Shown here: positions 36,248 through 49,899 of the stretch, in pieces
Layout of the letters: every line of letters begins with the position of its first letter
Position numbering within the stretch: the first letter of the stretch is position 1
Assembly: GCF_001194135.2 (NCBI RefSeq)
Contig: NC_068994.1
Span: 21,135,368-21,199,367, forward strand
From: Octopus bimaculoides
Lineage: Eukaryota
DNA: 64,000 nt
Direction of reading: 5' to 3'
Notes under the pieces: generated by a model
Databases searched by the model: none
What the model was told of the DNA's origin: nothing
What the model saw: only the letters and a program-made list of their open reading frames with translations
Position numbers and translations under genes: made by a program

Positions 36248-36521
36248 GGGCAGAGGATTGGTAAAATCATTAAAATGTTGGAAAAAAATGCATTGTTATA
36301 TTCATTCCAGCATTTTGTGTTCTGAGTTCAAATCCCACAGTGGTCAACTTTGCCTTTCATCCTTTTTAAGTTGATAAAGTATTAGTCAAGCACTAGTATT
36401 AACCCCTAAAAAGATGAAAACAAAGTTGACCTCAATGAGATTTGAACCTAGAACATAAAGAATCAGAACAAATATCACAAGACATTTTATTCAGTGCTTT
36501 GACAATTCTGCCAATCTGTCC
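36248..36521. mobile_element. Tail-to-tail pair of degenerate SINE family B copies
   Basis: A + copy at 36248-36400 and a - copy at 36402-36521 share the GTTCAAATC...GGTCAACTTTG...TTTCATC core. Confidence 0.7.
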
Positions 36522-38129
36522 AATGATTTCTTGCCGGAACATTTTCTATCAATCCCAGAGGGACAGAAAGTAAACTGGGAACCTGCAGGGATTTGAACTT
36601 GGACCACAAAGAGTATAATTAAATACTGCAATTTGCCATTGTAGTACTCTATATGATAATGAGGAATTATTGATTCAAATATGATCTCCGGACTATTGCT
36701 AGATGTTCTCAAAGAAAATGTGTGGCATTCAACTAGATAACATACCATGTCACTAGTCTCATCACCTCTTCTATCATTGTAACAATATAAATAGTCAAGT
36801 CCTTCGCAGACTGAGTTTACAACTTCTTTCTTTCACTTACAATATAACTTCATTTATGTCACAAATCCCTTTTCTCCTTCCTTTGAAAATTTAAAGATTT
36901 GTGCTTATACAGCAATAGCATCAAGAATCTCTAGAGCATTATTTCATAATAATTTCCATTTTGAGAAATTATCATGACCAAAAAAATTTGATATTCTAAA
37001 ATTTTCTTTTATTCATAGAAATTTCTCTTAATATTGTCTTATTTGTTGAGGGATATTAATACCAATGGATGTCATGCTACCACAGAGAGAAATGGTGGTG
37101 GGGTTTTTTTGTATACATATATATAAAAATATTATATAACTTACTAAAAAATGTCCTTTACTTGAATAAAACATATATTTTCTGATTCAAAAATAAAAAT
37201 ATTTGCAGATGTTTTCTTTCTAAATATAATTTATTTTTAAAAAGATGTAAGTTGTTTATTCTTGATTTATACACTGTACAACTAAGCAATTTTTTTCCAT
37301 GCATAATGATTGAACACTACGACATAACATTGTGATTAATGCACTTGCTTTACAACTACATGCTTCTGGGTTCAATCTTTTTGCATGAGACCATGGGCAA
37401 GTGTCTTCAACCATAGTCTTGAGTCAACCTTGTGAGTAAAACTTGGATAAAACTGCAAAAGCCTGTCATACATACACACACACACATGTACGTGTGTTAG
37501 CATAGAATTAACAAATTTTATGCATCAAAGAAAAGCAGCTTGCAGTATTAAATTCTGAGTTGTCTTTTTTTATGCCAAGGATGACATGCGTTTCACTTCT
37601 AGACATCAATAAAATATGTACCAAAGTTGATATCATAGTCTAAAAAGTGAATGCTCCAGCATATGGTCAAGAATAGAAATTACTAAAAAAATGATCACAT
37701 CTTTCTCATCCATTTAAATTGAAATTAAATTTTAATCACATGTTCTCATATTTAACAGTAAATTATTAAACTGGTATTGCATTGTATATCTGACCACTTC
37801 TGTGGCATTGAGTAATGACTGTAGAAGCCTTTTTGTAAAGTTTGTCCAAAACTATGAATCATCTTATATTCTGAATATTTTCTTTTACTCAGATGTTTTC
37901 ACTCACATGGAATTGAACTTTCTCTCTCATTCAATGTTTCCACGAGCCTTGGGTGCATGTAAAACCAAAAGCTCAATTCCAGATTGTGTTGTTAAGTAGA
38001 TGTCTATTTTCCCTTGGATACCTAACATATGACAAGGAACTAACTCAGAATATCTGATTGTTTCTAACAACTGACTGAATTGAGATATGTACAAATTAAT
38101 TGTTCTTCCCAGTGAAATATCTACAGTAT

Positions 38130-38468
38130 TCTTTTCTACTCTAGGCACAAGGTGCAAAATTTAAGGGTGGGGTGCAGTCGATTAGATCAACCCCAGTACA
38201 CATTGTGATATAAAAATGGCTTAGAAATAAATACCAGCCTGCTTTTTACCGTCTAATTGTTATATTAAACAACAAATGTGTCCTAGTCTGAGAAGAGGAA
38301 TGAAAAGGCAAGGAGCACACTCCTTCTGCCTTAGACTTAATTTATCAACCCCCGAAAGAATGAAAGGTAAAGTTGACCTCAGCAGAATTTGAACTCAGAA
38401 CATAAAGACAGACGAAATACCGCTAAGCATTTCACCCTGCGTGCTAACATTTCTGCCAGCTCACCACC
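38130..38468 (-). mobile_element. SINE family B interrupted by a 141-bp insert (38198-38338)
   Basis: Both SINE halves are collinear with the uninterrupted copy at 2176-2387. Confidence 0.85.
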
Positions 38469-39689
38469 TTGAAATATCTACAGTATTGAGTTGGCTTTTC
38501 TAGGCCTATTGCCAGACTTTGGTGCCTGGGGGTACTTCAGAATATTCTGGGTGGGCAATAATTTGTATTGTGGGAAGATTTTCATAAATTGTAGTTTGTA
38601 AAGCTCAGGGTGCACCATTGGATAAGTGAGAGGGCAGTGCCATCCAGTGCACCCCTTTAGTGACAGGCATGTTAGTCAGACTTCAAGAAATATATTGAAT
38701 AAGGAGAGTGCAATTGAGTGCCCCTCCTCCCCACTTAGTGACAAGTATGGGCTTTTCTCTCTAACTCATTCTTAAATCCAGATGTTTGGGTTCATTCATC
38801 TTTATATGTGTGTGTGTGTATGGTAGATGGGTACCTAGCTAGGATCCATAGTTCTCTTATGACCAAATGGGTTATGGGAATCTGCATAATGCAGTTGAAC
38901 CTTATCTTCTTCAACAAAGAAATGTTCCACCAAACACTTGTACACATAGTGGCAACACACAGTGGAACCAACACAGACCTGGGAGCCAATACTTCTTTCA
39001 AAGGTATAGATTTATTTTTATTGATATTGATAAAATAAACACCAGATATGTATTTCGGGTTGATTTCATTGATTATCCCTCTCCTCTACCAATTTATGTC
39101 TGTCATTAATGTGATGTTGTTTAGTCCCAAATCGAACCATAGTCAAAGGCTTTCCAGTAATGAGCATCTCTCAGGTATAGTATATTCCAGACAACACTAT
39201 CCAATGTGTCATTTTTCTTAAGACAGTTGAGTAGAATTTGAATGAGGTTTGGCTCCTATTTATAGTTGTTCAAGTGGCTACATATAGGCTTCTTTGTTGG
39301 TTCAGCATGATATAAAGGTGAATATAGTGTATGTTATAAAACTAAAGGCTAAATTCTGTCAAGTTTGTGAGTTGATTTTGATTCCTTATTGAAACCAGCT
39401 TATTTCACTACACTCTTAATGTCATGTACATTTAAAACATTATATATTCCCAAATCAATATTATGAAAGGAAATGCTCAGGAAAGCAATAAGTTCTTAGG
39501 GAATTGTGTCAACTATCTGATTCACTTAAAATATCTTAAGAAAATGAATAATGATGTTTCTTGGGGCATCCACTGTACAGCAAGACACCTATCCCTGATA
39601 ATCATTCCTTACAGGTTTATGTACATATATACCTTTAATCTCTCAACTGGCACAAGGCAACACTTTACTCAGTACTACTCCCCACTCCC

Positions 39690-39900
39690 AGTTGAGGGGG
39701 GTTTTGACTTGCAAGGTACTCTGTGACCCTGCCAGTGCTGGTGCCATGTAAAAAACACTTAGAACACACTGTAAAGTGGTTGATATTAGGAAGGGCATCC
39801 AGTTGTAGAACCATGCCAAAACAGACAATGGGACCTGGAGCAGCTCCTGTCAAACTGTCCAACCCATGCCAGCATGGAAAAGGGACGTTAAATGATGATT
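39690..39900 (+). mobile_element. RTE 3' tail fragment
   Basis: AGGAAGGGCATCCAG...AACCCATGCCAGCATGGAAA...AAATGATGAT. Further such tails occur at ~28700, ~30945, ~45350, ~48320 and ~59362. Confidence 0.75.
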
Positions 39901-42834
39901 TTAACTCATTGTAAGATGTTCATATTGTCACCAATGCTGACTTGAGAGCTTAGGAAAAAAAAGACAGTGAAGAAAATTCTGTACACATTATAAAGTTTGA
40001 TTAATAATTTGTTGATTTACAGAGCAAAATTTCAATCCACTTGTAGGAAAAGTTACCTGTAACACACCAGCATCCTCTTATTCAGAGAAGAGATTCAACT
40101 TTCATCTACTTATTGCTATAAAAACCAGAGATAAACACTGGTCTTACAGTTTTTTTGAATTTTGAATACTGTTAGATAACTGAAATATTGTATCTAACTA
40201 AAAGACAATTAGTCACAACAGAAAAGCCACATACAATAATCATATATTTATTACAGTTATAGAAAAATAAGGTTTATATCTTACCATGATTTGTACATAA
40301 GTGCCATGTACATACACACATTCACTCATACAAATAACACCAGAGTCATAATAAATACAACATGATTATGTCAGAAGACAGCACATGAGAATGAAACATA
40401 TTCACCTTCATAATCGCAAATAAGTGACCATTAAACTACTAATCATTCCTTACAGGTTTATGTACATATTTTTGTTTCATCAAATGAAGAAGGAAGACTG
40501 CCCATGGCTCTGGACCTTCCAGATGAGATCAATGTAGTTTATCTTCAGTTCCAACCTCCACAAGTTAGAGTCTGGCAGGAAAACCACTTGAGTGAAGAAG
40601 GAATTCCAAAGAGTTGCAACTCTGGGGAGGATTAATTAGGTTTCGTGTAGTCGCACATGAATTTTAAAGCTCAGTAGATAAGAACCAATACCATTTCTCA
40701 TCACCAACGAATTTTCTCCCAATATGGAGCAAAGTGTGATTCCAATGGAACAGCATTGTACTTTACTTAGTAATGTAGTTTATTGGAAAGTAGCAGATGT
40801 CAATTTCAGTTTTGTTTATCTTATAAAATTTATTTTTCCCTGTTTATTGTTGTTTAGTTCAAGGTTTTTCCTGAAAGAGCAGACCTATGATCATCTCATT
40901 TTTCATCCCATTATCCATCCTTTTTGAAGATGATAGTGTGTAATTTGAAGAAGATTTAACTGCTATATCTAACATGTAAAACAATCACACGGAAATGTGT
41001 GTATATGTGTATGACCACCCTATCTCATGCTACTTTTGTCTGTTGTTGATTGACAACTTCACTTTATTAATGAAGATAACTTCCTTGATTCTTAAATTGC
41101 CAATGTTATGCTATGTTGCCAGTATGGTATAAAACATTTGTTTACACATGTTCCTTGATGCCACTCGATAGTTTTCAAATGCAGAAGACAAAACATTTAC
41201 TGCATTTACTATCTAATATTGTATACAGGCCCTTGAGAACATGTCAATGTTATTGATAAGGCAGTTGGCTAATGTGTACACTTTGTTGCTGTCTGTTCCT
41301 TGATTTCCTCAAGGAGGGACCAGAGTGCACCATCTGTATGTATGCAGTTGCTCTCCACAGATATCACAATAGATGATACCATTCTTCACTCCCTATTGAA
41401 AAGGTGTCATCCTTATGCAACTTAGACACATTGTGCCAGATCAGAAATGATTATATTCGGTTGTCATGTATGATTATAGGCATATAACTTAGTCACCAAA
41501 ATGCAATCCGTATGCATATTAAGGAAATAGTCTTGCAACCTTAATCCTTACTACATCTGAATAGCTATGGCTCTTTACAAAACAGGTGTGTGACTTACAT
41601 CTGAAAACTGATCACATATCTGGGATGGAGCTACTACACAACAAAAACATGCTACAACAACTAGTCTACACTCATACGGCTTCCTTTCTCTGCTGCAACT
41701 TTCTTTGTAATCCCAACTTTGTTTCACCTTCCAAACCCCATACATTCTCTACCTTTCACACCTAGAATTGTAGCCAATTAGGACTCCTTACACATGTTTT
41801 CCCTGTCATCAGACAACTCAAGTTCAATCTGAAGCACATTAACCTCATTATGTTAGGAAGATCTGCTAATGTCAAGGCTTACCACTTCATCTAAATGTAA
41901 AAAAAAATAAAAGGAAAAAAGCTCTTTTCTATAGAAATATTTGAGAAAAAATTTGTTTTTAGTTAACCTGAAACTGACTATGTAAGTCATGTTCAAATTT
42001 TAAATAAAGTGAACTATGTGATTATAATGAAAATGTGAGAATGAAAATGTGAGAGTAGAAGAACTGGGTTCTCATATTTTTATCACCCTACTGTAAAAAT
42101 ATTTCTTTTAATATCTGCGTATTTTGCTGTCAGAATATATTTTTCAGAATAAAAGACACTGACTAAATTCTTAGATGATACTGATTACGGTTGCGGTCTA
42201 GCAATGTTAGTAGTTGCTTCCTGTTGTTGCTGTGTCTTTTTATTCCTTTTTTTAAATGCTTTTACAAGTCATTTCACGTTATTTTTGTTGTTGCTGATTA
42301 TTGCTGCTGCAGCTGTTATTGATGTTATTGTTGCTTCTTGTTGTGTAGTTATATCTTGACTGTTAATATTGCTACTTTTCTTTTTCCCCCAGGGTATTTA
42401 AAAATAAATAATGACAATTTACCAACCACCTCTGAAGCATTACTGGAACCAGGTATAAGGCACATGTGTGCAGACAAAATTGTGAAAAAAAAAACTGTTT
42501 AAAAAAGAAAATATTTCATAAATATTACCAAATAATACTTTTAGGCTATTTGGTTTGGCCTGCCAACATATTTTTAGCCTAACCAATAATAGATGGGTAC
42601 AGTTACTTGTACTTAATATTTGTAGGGCCCTGTGCCTAGAGTAGAAAAGAATATTTGTAGCATTGACTGACACATGTTGCCACTAACCCAAGTATAACTT
42701 TGGGAACATTTCAATGTTGAAATGAAATGAGAGTGTTTATATGACATCAAAGCTTCTTAAGATTTCTTAGCAAGAACATCCACCATATGGCTTGTAGCAA
42801 AGCTGCATGCTGAGTGGCAAGGATACAAATACAG

Positions 42835-42972
42835 TTAATCAAAATCTGGAATGTCCTCAAAAGAATAGCCCTCATACCCTTTGTAGGCATAGTATGCTAT
42901 CATGACATGGTAGGAACCAGGGATGAACATAAGGGCACCAAGGATAAGTAGTGGCCAGGTACGGTCAGAGTA
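42835..42972 (-). CDS. TMEM230: TMEM230 last coding exon ([22 protein letters not shown]...[11 protein letters not shown])
   Basis: TTTTGCAG| acceptor on the minus strand, phase 0. The C-terminus matches the TMEM230 family ending (GY.GYS..DIPDFD). Confidence 0.92.
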   Translation of the reverse strand, partial: YSDRTWPLLILGALMFIPGSYHVMIAYYAYKGYEGYSFEDIPDFD

Positions 42973-44804
42973 CTGCAAAAGAAAAAGACAATTAAGTAAG
43001 AAAAAGTACAATTTGACATGGAGCATAGTAATACAAAGAACTAACAATGACATTCACAGGACAGACAGTGAAACACAGAGCAGAATAAACAAAAAATATC
43101 TGCAAATAGAACTCAACAAACAAAAAAAGTATAAACAGAAAAATCAATAGATAAGTAGAAAACAGAAAAAGAATTAGTGCACAGCAGAAAAATTGGTATA
43201 GAGTTTGTAAAACATCAATAAACACATCAATAAACAAAAAAAGATATGATAAAAAAGAAACAATCAATGAACTAATCTGACAAATAAACAGATATTCATC
43301 TTTAAAAGGTTAAGATATACTAAAATCACTATAGATACTATAGTTGATTTCTAAATCTCTTTAACAGTGGAAACAAGAGAGTTGAAAATATGAAAATTAA
43401 CTTTGCATTTCAATGAATGCTTAATTTCAAAATATGTTTGTTTTTATTTGTTGTAATGAGGAAGTGTGTGTGTGTCAATACAAACTAGTACATACACGCT
43501 AGTGGAGTGGCAAGAACAGTAAGCTGGCTAATAAATGAAATACACTGGATTCAAATCCTGCTAGAATTGAGTTGGCCTGTCATCCCTTATGTGTGTGTTA
43601 GGTGGCGTGTTTGAAGAAATGCAATAAGGTACTAGCCATGTAGTACATTCAATTGAATATACTATGTTGTAAGAAATTTGTGACTATCTACCATTGAAAT
43701 CAACCTTTCAATATACCTAAATTTCTAATGCTTATTGTCCCTATTTAGACAGTATGTCTCATACACCTATAAATACCATAAACTTTTTCATTTGCCTAGA
43801 CAACATTATTTCCAACATTGTAAGCTACACCAGAGAAAAACATGCACTCATACAAATCTATACTGTATCCCATGCTGAAATACCACCAACTATCCCTGAA
43901 GGGATCTTGTCTTTCAAAAGCTGTTGCTAACATACAGAACTACCCTCACACCACACAATGGTATCCTGAGAAACTAAATGGCCCTAGCAACCATTGGATT
44001 CATGGGAAAATTTATTCAGCACCTGCACTCCGTCTCCCAGTTCCACTAGAGATGCTAAGACCAAGGAAATGACTTTCAAAAAATAATAGAGAGAATTCTT
44101 GACAGAGATTCTTATGCACCTGGAGTTTATAACTGTCAACCCAGCCTCCTTGATAAGCTACATATATTGTAACTGTCTGCAGTATCAACCAAAAACCTAT
44201 CATTTTGTTGCCATCAAAAAAATGAAAAATGTCCCATTAATTAACTTCAAAACATTGGTCATGAATACACTGGAAAAAAATTACCTTAGCTCTATCAGGC
44301 CCATTTGAAAATGCAGGTTAGACAATTCCACACTGACTATAGTGAGATTATTTCTCTCTTGCTAACCACCAGAGATGCCTGCCATTGCTAACACCCAACA
44401 ACAAATACAGCCATACACAACTTACCAAACTAAAAAGATAAGACTGTTATTGCTAGAATGTCTTTGGGCATAAGTTTTGCTTGAGTCCAGCTGATCTAGG
44501 ATTAAACAACAACAAATTTCACATGCTAAGATCTTAGAAGAGGCATAAAATAACAGTGGGGCTTCTTTTTTTATTCATCTTCATTCATGCACTCTTCGCA
44601 AATCATATAATTGCTGGGCCATGGAGTACATTACTATAGGAGATAGACTACCAGATGACAATATTTTCCATTTCTGAATTTAAATGTTCATATTTTCAGC
44701 TCTTATTTTAGCAAATTTTTAAGGTTTCAAACTTAACAGGATGCATAGTATTCTTTTCCAAGTGTTTATAGATATACATATACATTTTACTTCTTACTTT
44801 AGAC

Positions 44805-45068
44805 TAATGGTTTCCAAAGTGGGCAGAACTGCCCCCTTGGGGGTGGGGGGTGGAAAGATCCAGCGGGGTGTTGAAGAAAAGTGGGATGGTAATGGGGTGG
44901 CCAAAATGGGGTGATAGATGTAAAAAAAAATATTAATAGATTAATTAGGTTTAAGTTTTATTTGTGAAATACAGTTGTTTTGAATTTGCTGCAGAAAGTG
45001 GTCTATATTTGTGGTGGGTGGTCTGGGTGCCAAGTGGGTGGCAGCCAGAAAAAGTATGGGAACTATTG
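44805..45068. mobile_element. hAT (Charlie-type) MITE
   Basis: Imperfect TIRs TAATGGTTTCCAAA / TATGGGAACTATTG and an 8-bp TSD CTTTAGAC / CTTTAAAC (7 of 8 match). Confidence 0.7.
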
Positions 45069-46289
45069 CTTTAAACAAATGGATATATTGGGGAAGAAAT
45101 TAAATTGCCTTTGGTCCTATGGATTTCAGGATTTCATTACATTATAAGGGTTTGCTGATGCCTATTCAAGATTGACAGGAGTATTCAAAACTATAAACTA
45201 ATGAAGCATTCATTAATTATCCAGTCCTCTTCACAACAACTGGCTGTGACTATTCTTTGTACCTATTTCCTTTGAAGTTATGAGGATGTGATACAGACTG
45301 TTGACTCATCACTGTTCAGTCTCATAACATATCAACTTGGTAACTTATTAATTTTGTGCCAGTGCCACATAGAGAGCACTTGTGCCAGCATCATGTAAAA
45401 AAGCACTCAAACCAGTGCTATGTAAAAGGCACTTGTATAGGCACCACGTAAAAGCACCCATGCCAAAACAGACAAATTGGAGCCTGGGCAGCTCTCTTGC
45501 TGACTAGCTCCTGTCAAACCACCCAACCCATGCCAGCATGGAAAACAGACATTAAATGATGATGATGCACTCATACATATATGCAAAAACCTACAAATCT
45601 CACCCACCTCCTGACTTGTTATTAATTGACACTTCAGAAACAGAATCAATTTTCTCATCTCCAATCACTGCTATTATCAACATCATCACCATTATTACTG
45701 TCAAATCCCTATTAATATCTTTTAAATAACTTAATGATAAGTATCATCACTACCAACAACTATATTAACATCTAATTTCTCTCTCTCTATACTGGCATCA
45801 AACCAATGTTGGGTATCATTTTCAGACTAATAGCTAAAGTAAACAGAAGCCAGTGAGACAAAGTATACAAAAATTGTAAGTTTATTTAAAGACAGAGAAA
45901 TTTTTTTTCTAATAAATGGAGAAAGGAAGTCAAGATAATTAGTTTGATAAAAGTGGTTATTCAGGTTTTACTGCTTTAGAAACTAGTAAAAAAGAAAACA
46001 GAGTAACCTAATCATAATGTTTATGGAGAGACAGAACCTACAGTGACCTCACAATGAACTTCCAATATGAGACAAGCAACGAAATAAAGTATTTTCTCTT
46101 TATATTCTATCTATTCAATGTTTATATGTTTACATTTACATATAATATAGTTCCGTTTTGTATTTGTTCATCTAAAGTGCGTGTGTGGTAGATGGGTACC
46201 TAGCTAAGATACATAGTTCTCCTATGACCAAATGGGTTATGGGAATCTGCATAATGCAGTTGATATGGTTTTTTTATTCTGTAGTGTGT

Positions 46290-46517
46290 GGCAAAATATC
46301 ATGCCAGAGCTTCCTGCCATTCTTCAGGGCACAGTTGAGGGAAGACAAAAGAAAGAAAAACAAAGGAAATCCTGGTTTGACAACATCAAGGACTGGACAG
46401 GACACAACACAGAGAACCTGCTACACATGTCAGAGAACAGAGATCAGTGGCAATGGCTGACTAGGAAAGTGTCAACAACTGGCTGCATCAGTTACGAGAT
46501 TTTGATGATGATGATGT
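46290..46517 (+). mobile_element. RTE LINE 3' end (second lineage)
   Basis: ILQGTVEGRQKKEKQRKSWFDNIKDWTG...NRDQW followed by a (GAT)n tail. Confidence 0.75.
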
Positions 46518-47329
46518 AACAAAATAAAGAGAATTAAAATTTTAGATGGAATAAAAGCACAAAAACAATTAGTAGTAGAAGTAATCATGAAATGATGTTA
46601 ACTGCCCAGGAAGTTCACTAATCATACTTGATAGTTCCTATTAGTCAGGTAATCTAATTACTGCTGGATTTATAACAAAAGCATAGCTGTCAAAATAAAG
46701 AAAATGTCAAAGTGGTTTAGGGATCAATTTCTTCTGTTGACAACAAAGTTTTCTCTGATCTAAATGAAAGGTAGATTGTATAAAGTGAAAACTGAATGAA
46801 AATACGTTGTGCTATTGCTGAAGGATAAATGTTTAAGAGGAAGACCTGGAAACCAGTAGTACAATCAGATCTCAAGACGTTAGACCTCACACAAAAGATG
46901 ATTCAATCTATGCCTGCATAAAAAACAGGTTGTTAAAACAATAATGACAGAAATATATTCCTTGAGTATTTCTAACTTTATATGAAATTTATTTTACAGA
47001 CCAACTTCAAAGAAAATTAAATAGCCTTGTTTTTTTTATTTGGCTGTATTATACTCTCTGTGTTGGTTACATTAATTTTTATTCTCGGAGCAGGTGTTTT
47101 AATATCAAACTGTCTGTCCTAAATGCTGACCACTTTATTCTGAATGGTTGCAAAGGTTAAAAGTGATGTGTTATCCTTCTTACTATATAAACGTATTAGA
47201 CAGAGCTGATAAAAGCAAAGTATTTCTGCATAATTGCTTGAACTGCTAGCAACAGCAGCCAAATCTCTATAAAATCACATCCTATCATCTTAAAAAAGGA
47301 AGGACATATCAGATAATGTAACTCCAGCT

Positions 47330-47600
47330 ACATTGTCGGAGTAAAAGCTTGGATGATGAGGTTAAATAATAACAACAAAATGGGTGAGGCTAGGCAGGAC
47401 AATATCAAATTAAAACTTATTTTTACTGACATGAAAGAAGAGACTGGGACCATGGCCTTCAGAGGTCCTCTGAGACTAGTATGACTAACATGGTTAATGT
47501 TCCTTTTGAATAATTTCAAGCTGATTGTGGCAAGAAATGTAAGGGTGGGAAGGGAAGTCCAGAGGGCTTAATGCTCTAGAGAAGGAGGACTTGATGATGT
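47330..47600 (-). mobile_element. CR1/Jockey-group LINE 3' end remnant
   Basis: The minus strand gives TNHIIKSSFSRA...LKLFKRNINH; a similar remnant lies at ~40490-40720. Confidence 0.4.
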
Positions 47601-47851
47601 GGTTAGTACAGTGTGACAAAGAAGTAGAGAACATTAAACTGCATAGTTAGGAAATAAAGTAGTATTTGTTTTCATGGTTTACATTAGATATTTTGTTTAC
47701 TAAATCAGTGTTGGTATTGATTAATCCTACAGAAATCTTGATCAAGCACACCTGTGATCAAAGACACTAGTTATGGCAATCTAGGATTGTTTTTTTTTTC
47801 CCAAAGTGTATCAAATTAATCAGTGTGTTCTTCCTTTTTTTTTTAACAGTA

Positions 47852-48243
47852 GGACGCAGGAGTGGTTGTGTGGTAAGTAGCTTGCTTACCAACCACATGG
47901 TTCCGGGTTCAGTCCCACTGCGTGGCACCTTGGGCAAGTGTCTTCTACTATAGCCTCGGGCCGACCAAAGCCTTGTGAGTGGATTTGGTAGACGGAAACT
48001 GAAAGAAGCCCGTCGTATATATGTATATGTATATATATGTCTGTGTTTGTTCTCCCAACGTCGCTTGACAACCGATGCTGGTGTGTTTACGTCCCCGTAA
48101 CTTAGCGGTTCGACAAAAGAGACCGAAAGAATAAGTACTAGGTTTACAAAGAATAAGTCCTGGGGTTGATTTGCTCGACTAAAGGCGGTGCTCCAGCATG
48201 GCCGCAGTCAAATGACTGAAACAAGTAAAAGAGTAAAAGAGTA
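47852..48243 (+). mobile_element. SINE family A, full-length, little diverged
   Basis: tRNA-like head (A-box-like TGGTTGTGTGG, B-box-like GGTTCAGTCCC), central TA/TG microsatellite, and a GTAAAAGA repeat tail. Confidence 0.92.
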
Positions 48244-49402
48244 GATTGTTGTTTGAGAGACTTGGCTGCTATTTCTAGCAAGTATCAAGCAGCCATGTAG
48301 AGGCTCTTTTATATGTTCATTAGGAAGGGCATCCAGCTGTAGAAACTCTGCCAAATTTAGATTGGAACCTGGTGTTGCCATCCGGTTTCACCAGTCCTCA
48401 GTCAAGTCGTCCAACCCATGCTAGCATGGAAAGCGGACGTTAAACGATGATGATGATGATGATGATGATTAGATTAAGTGAGGGAAGTGGCATTATTAGA
48501 GACCAGCTTATAAGCAAGCTCCTGTGGAGGGCTCTTCATTGGGCCTTGGGCCCAACAATGACACTTCATGCATTGAGTAGAAGTTAAATTTTATTAAACT
48601 TGACCAATATTTTTCAAGCAATGAACAATTTTTGTCAAAACAATGATACAATATGTGAACTTGTAACTTATTGCAAAGCTTCATGATAAACAACATTTTT
48701 CATATTCCTATTGGAGGGTCAGTACAATTATTTTTCTGTCTCACCTTCCTTTCTGTTGATTGTTTTCAACCATCACCATCACCAGTACCACCACCATCGC
48801 CACCACAACTGCCATAAACACACCATTCAGACAGCTCAGGCCACCACCATCAATACCTTTGACTTTGTTGTCTTCCTCTCCAACACCATCACCAGTCTTT
48901 CACATCCCTTGCTATCATGCTTGACCGCCTTAGCTACTACCACCACCACCGTCGCCTCTGCCTCTATCACAATTACTGCTTATACTATTACTATCACCCC
49001 ATTACCATCTCAACTGTCAATCTACTACCAATCTATGCCTACTATTACTCTTGACCCACCAAGAGGAGTAGAAGTGTAACTGAATAGTGAGAGAGAGTGG
49101 GGGTGGGTCCCAAAGTGTGACACACTGACACACAAATTAGTTTTGGCATTATAGATAGAGACATGTTCTGAACTGAGATTTAAAATAAACTTCTTAAATT
49201 TTTTTATTTCTATTTTGAAATTTCAAACCTATATTTTCATAAAAACTCAAATCTGAAATTGAAACTCGAAATTAAACTGAAAGTCTGAAATATAATTTTT
49301 CTTTTTTTAAAATTTTAATTTCTTTTACAAGGTTACAAAAACATGAGTTTTTGTTCATTTGAAAGAGATGGAGACTTGGATCAAAACTGCCATCTCTTTT
49401 AA

Positions 49403-49619
49403 CCCTTTAGCATTCAGATTAGTTTGTCAAATGCTTATTTATTCACATTGTTTTGAATTAATCATGCATTATCTTGTAGCTTTGAGATTTCAATAACGTA
49501 ATTGTTTATTTTTAGTATGACATTGTAGGGTGGGTGTAAGAGACTGTATTTGGCCAGTTTGGCCAAAAAAAACAGGTAGAATATTAGGGTTAGATGTGGC
49601 TGGTTTAAATGCTAAAGCA
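49403..49619. mobile_element. piggyBac-type MITE copy 1
   Basis: TTAA at both ends (49399-49402, 49620-49623); TIRs CCCTTTAGCATT / AATGCTAAAGCA. Confidence 0.75.
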
Positions 49620-49658
49620 TTAAGAAAATAACCTAAAATACAATAAAACTTAGTTTAC

Positions 49659-49781
49659 CTCACTGCTAATGTGGCCTGTTAACAGCAAAGCACCAATAGT
49701 GATTAGAAGGGTACCAACAGCAAATAAGGCAGTAGCCAAAGCTATTGCCTTGTAAGGAATCTTTGGTGGAGGCTTTTCAAA
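49659..49781 (-). CDS. TMEM230: TMEM230 internal coding exon ([20 protein letters not shown]...GHISSE)
   Basis: TATTTCAG| acceptor, GAG|GTAAAC donor, 123 nt, phase 0-0. [13 protein letters not shown] is the TMEM230 hallmark. Confidence 0.93.
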
Positions 49782-49899
49782 CTGAAATAAGAAACCAATA
49801 AATGGATGAGGAGAAGAAGATTGAGAAAAAGAGGCAAGAAAATTAGACCAGACATACCAATGGATGGCAAAAAAAAACAAAAAAACACAGACAATTTAA

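Noticed and set aside
39606-39622. Similarity of TTCCTTACAGGTTTATGT to the ABCB10 exon 4 acceptor region
   Set aside because: The match is only about 14 nt in AT-rich DNA and no exon sequence follows; likely chance.
47852-47930. tRNA genes at the heads of SINE families A and B
   Set aside because: They have A/B-box-like motifs only, no convincing cloverleaf, and are always fused to SINE bodies.
48711-49079. His/Thr-rich 122-aa ORF; similar CAA/CAG-rich tract at 42180-42380
   Set aside because: Degenerate trinucleotide repeats with no supporting gene structure.
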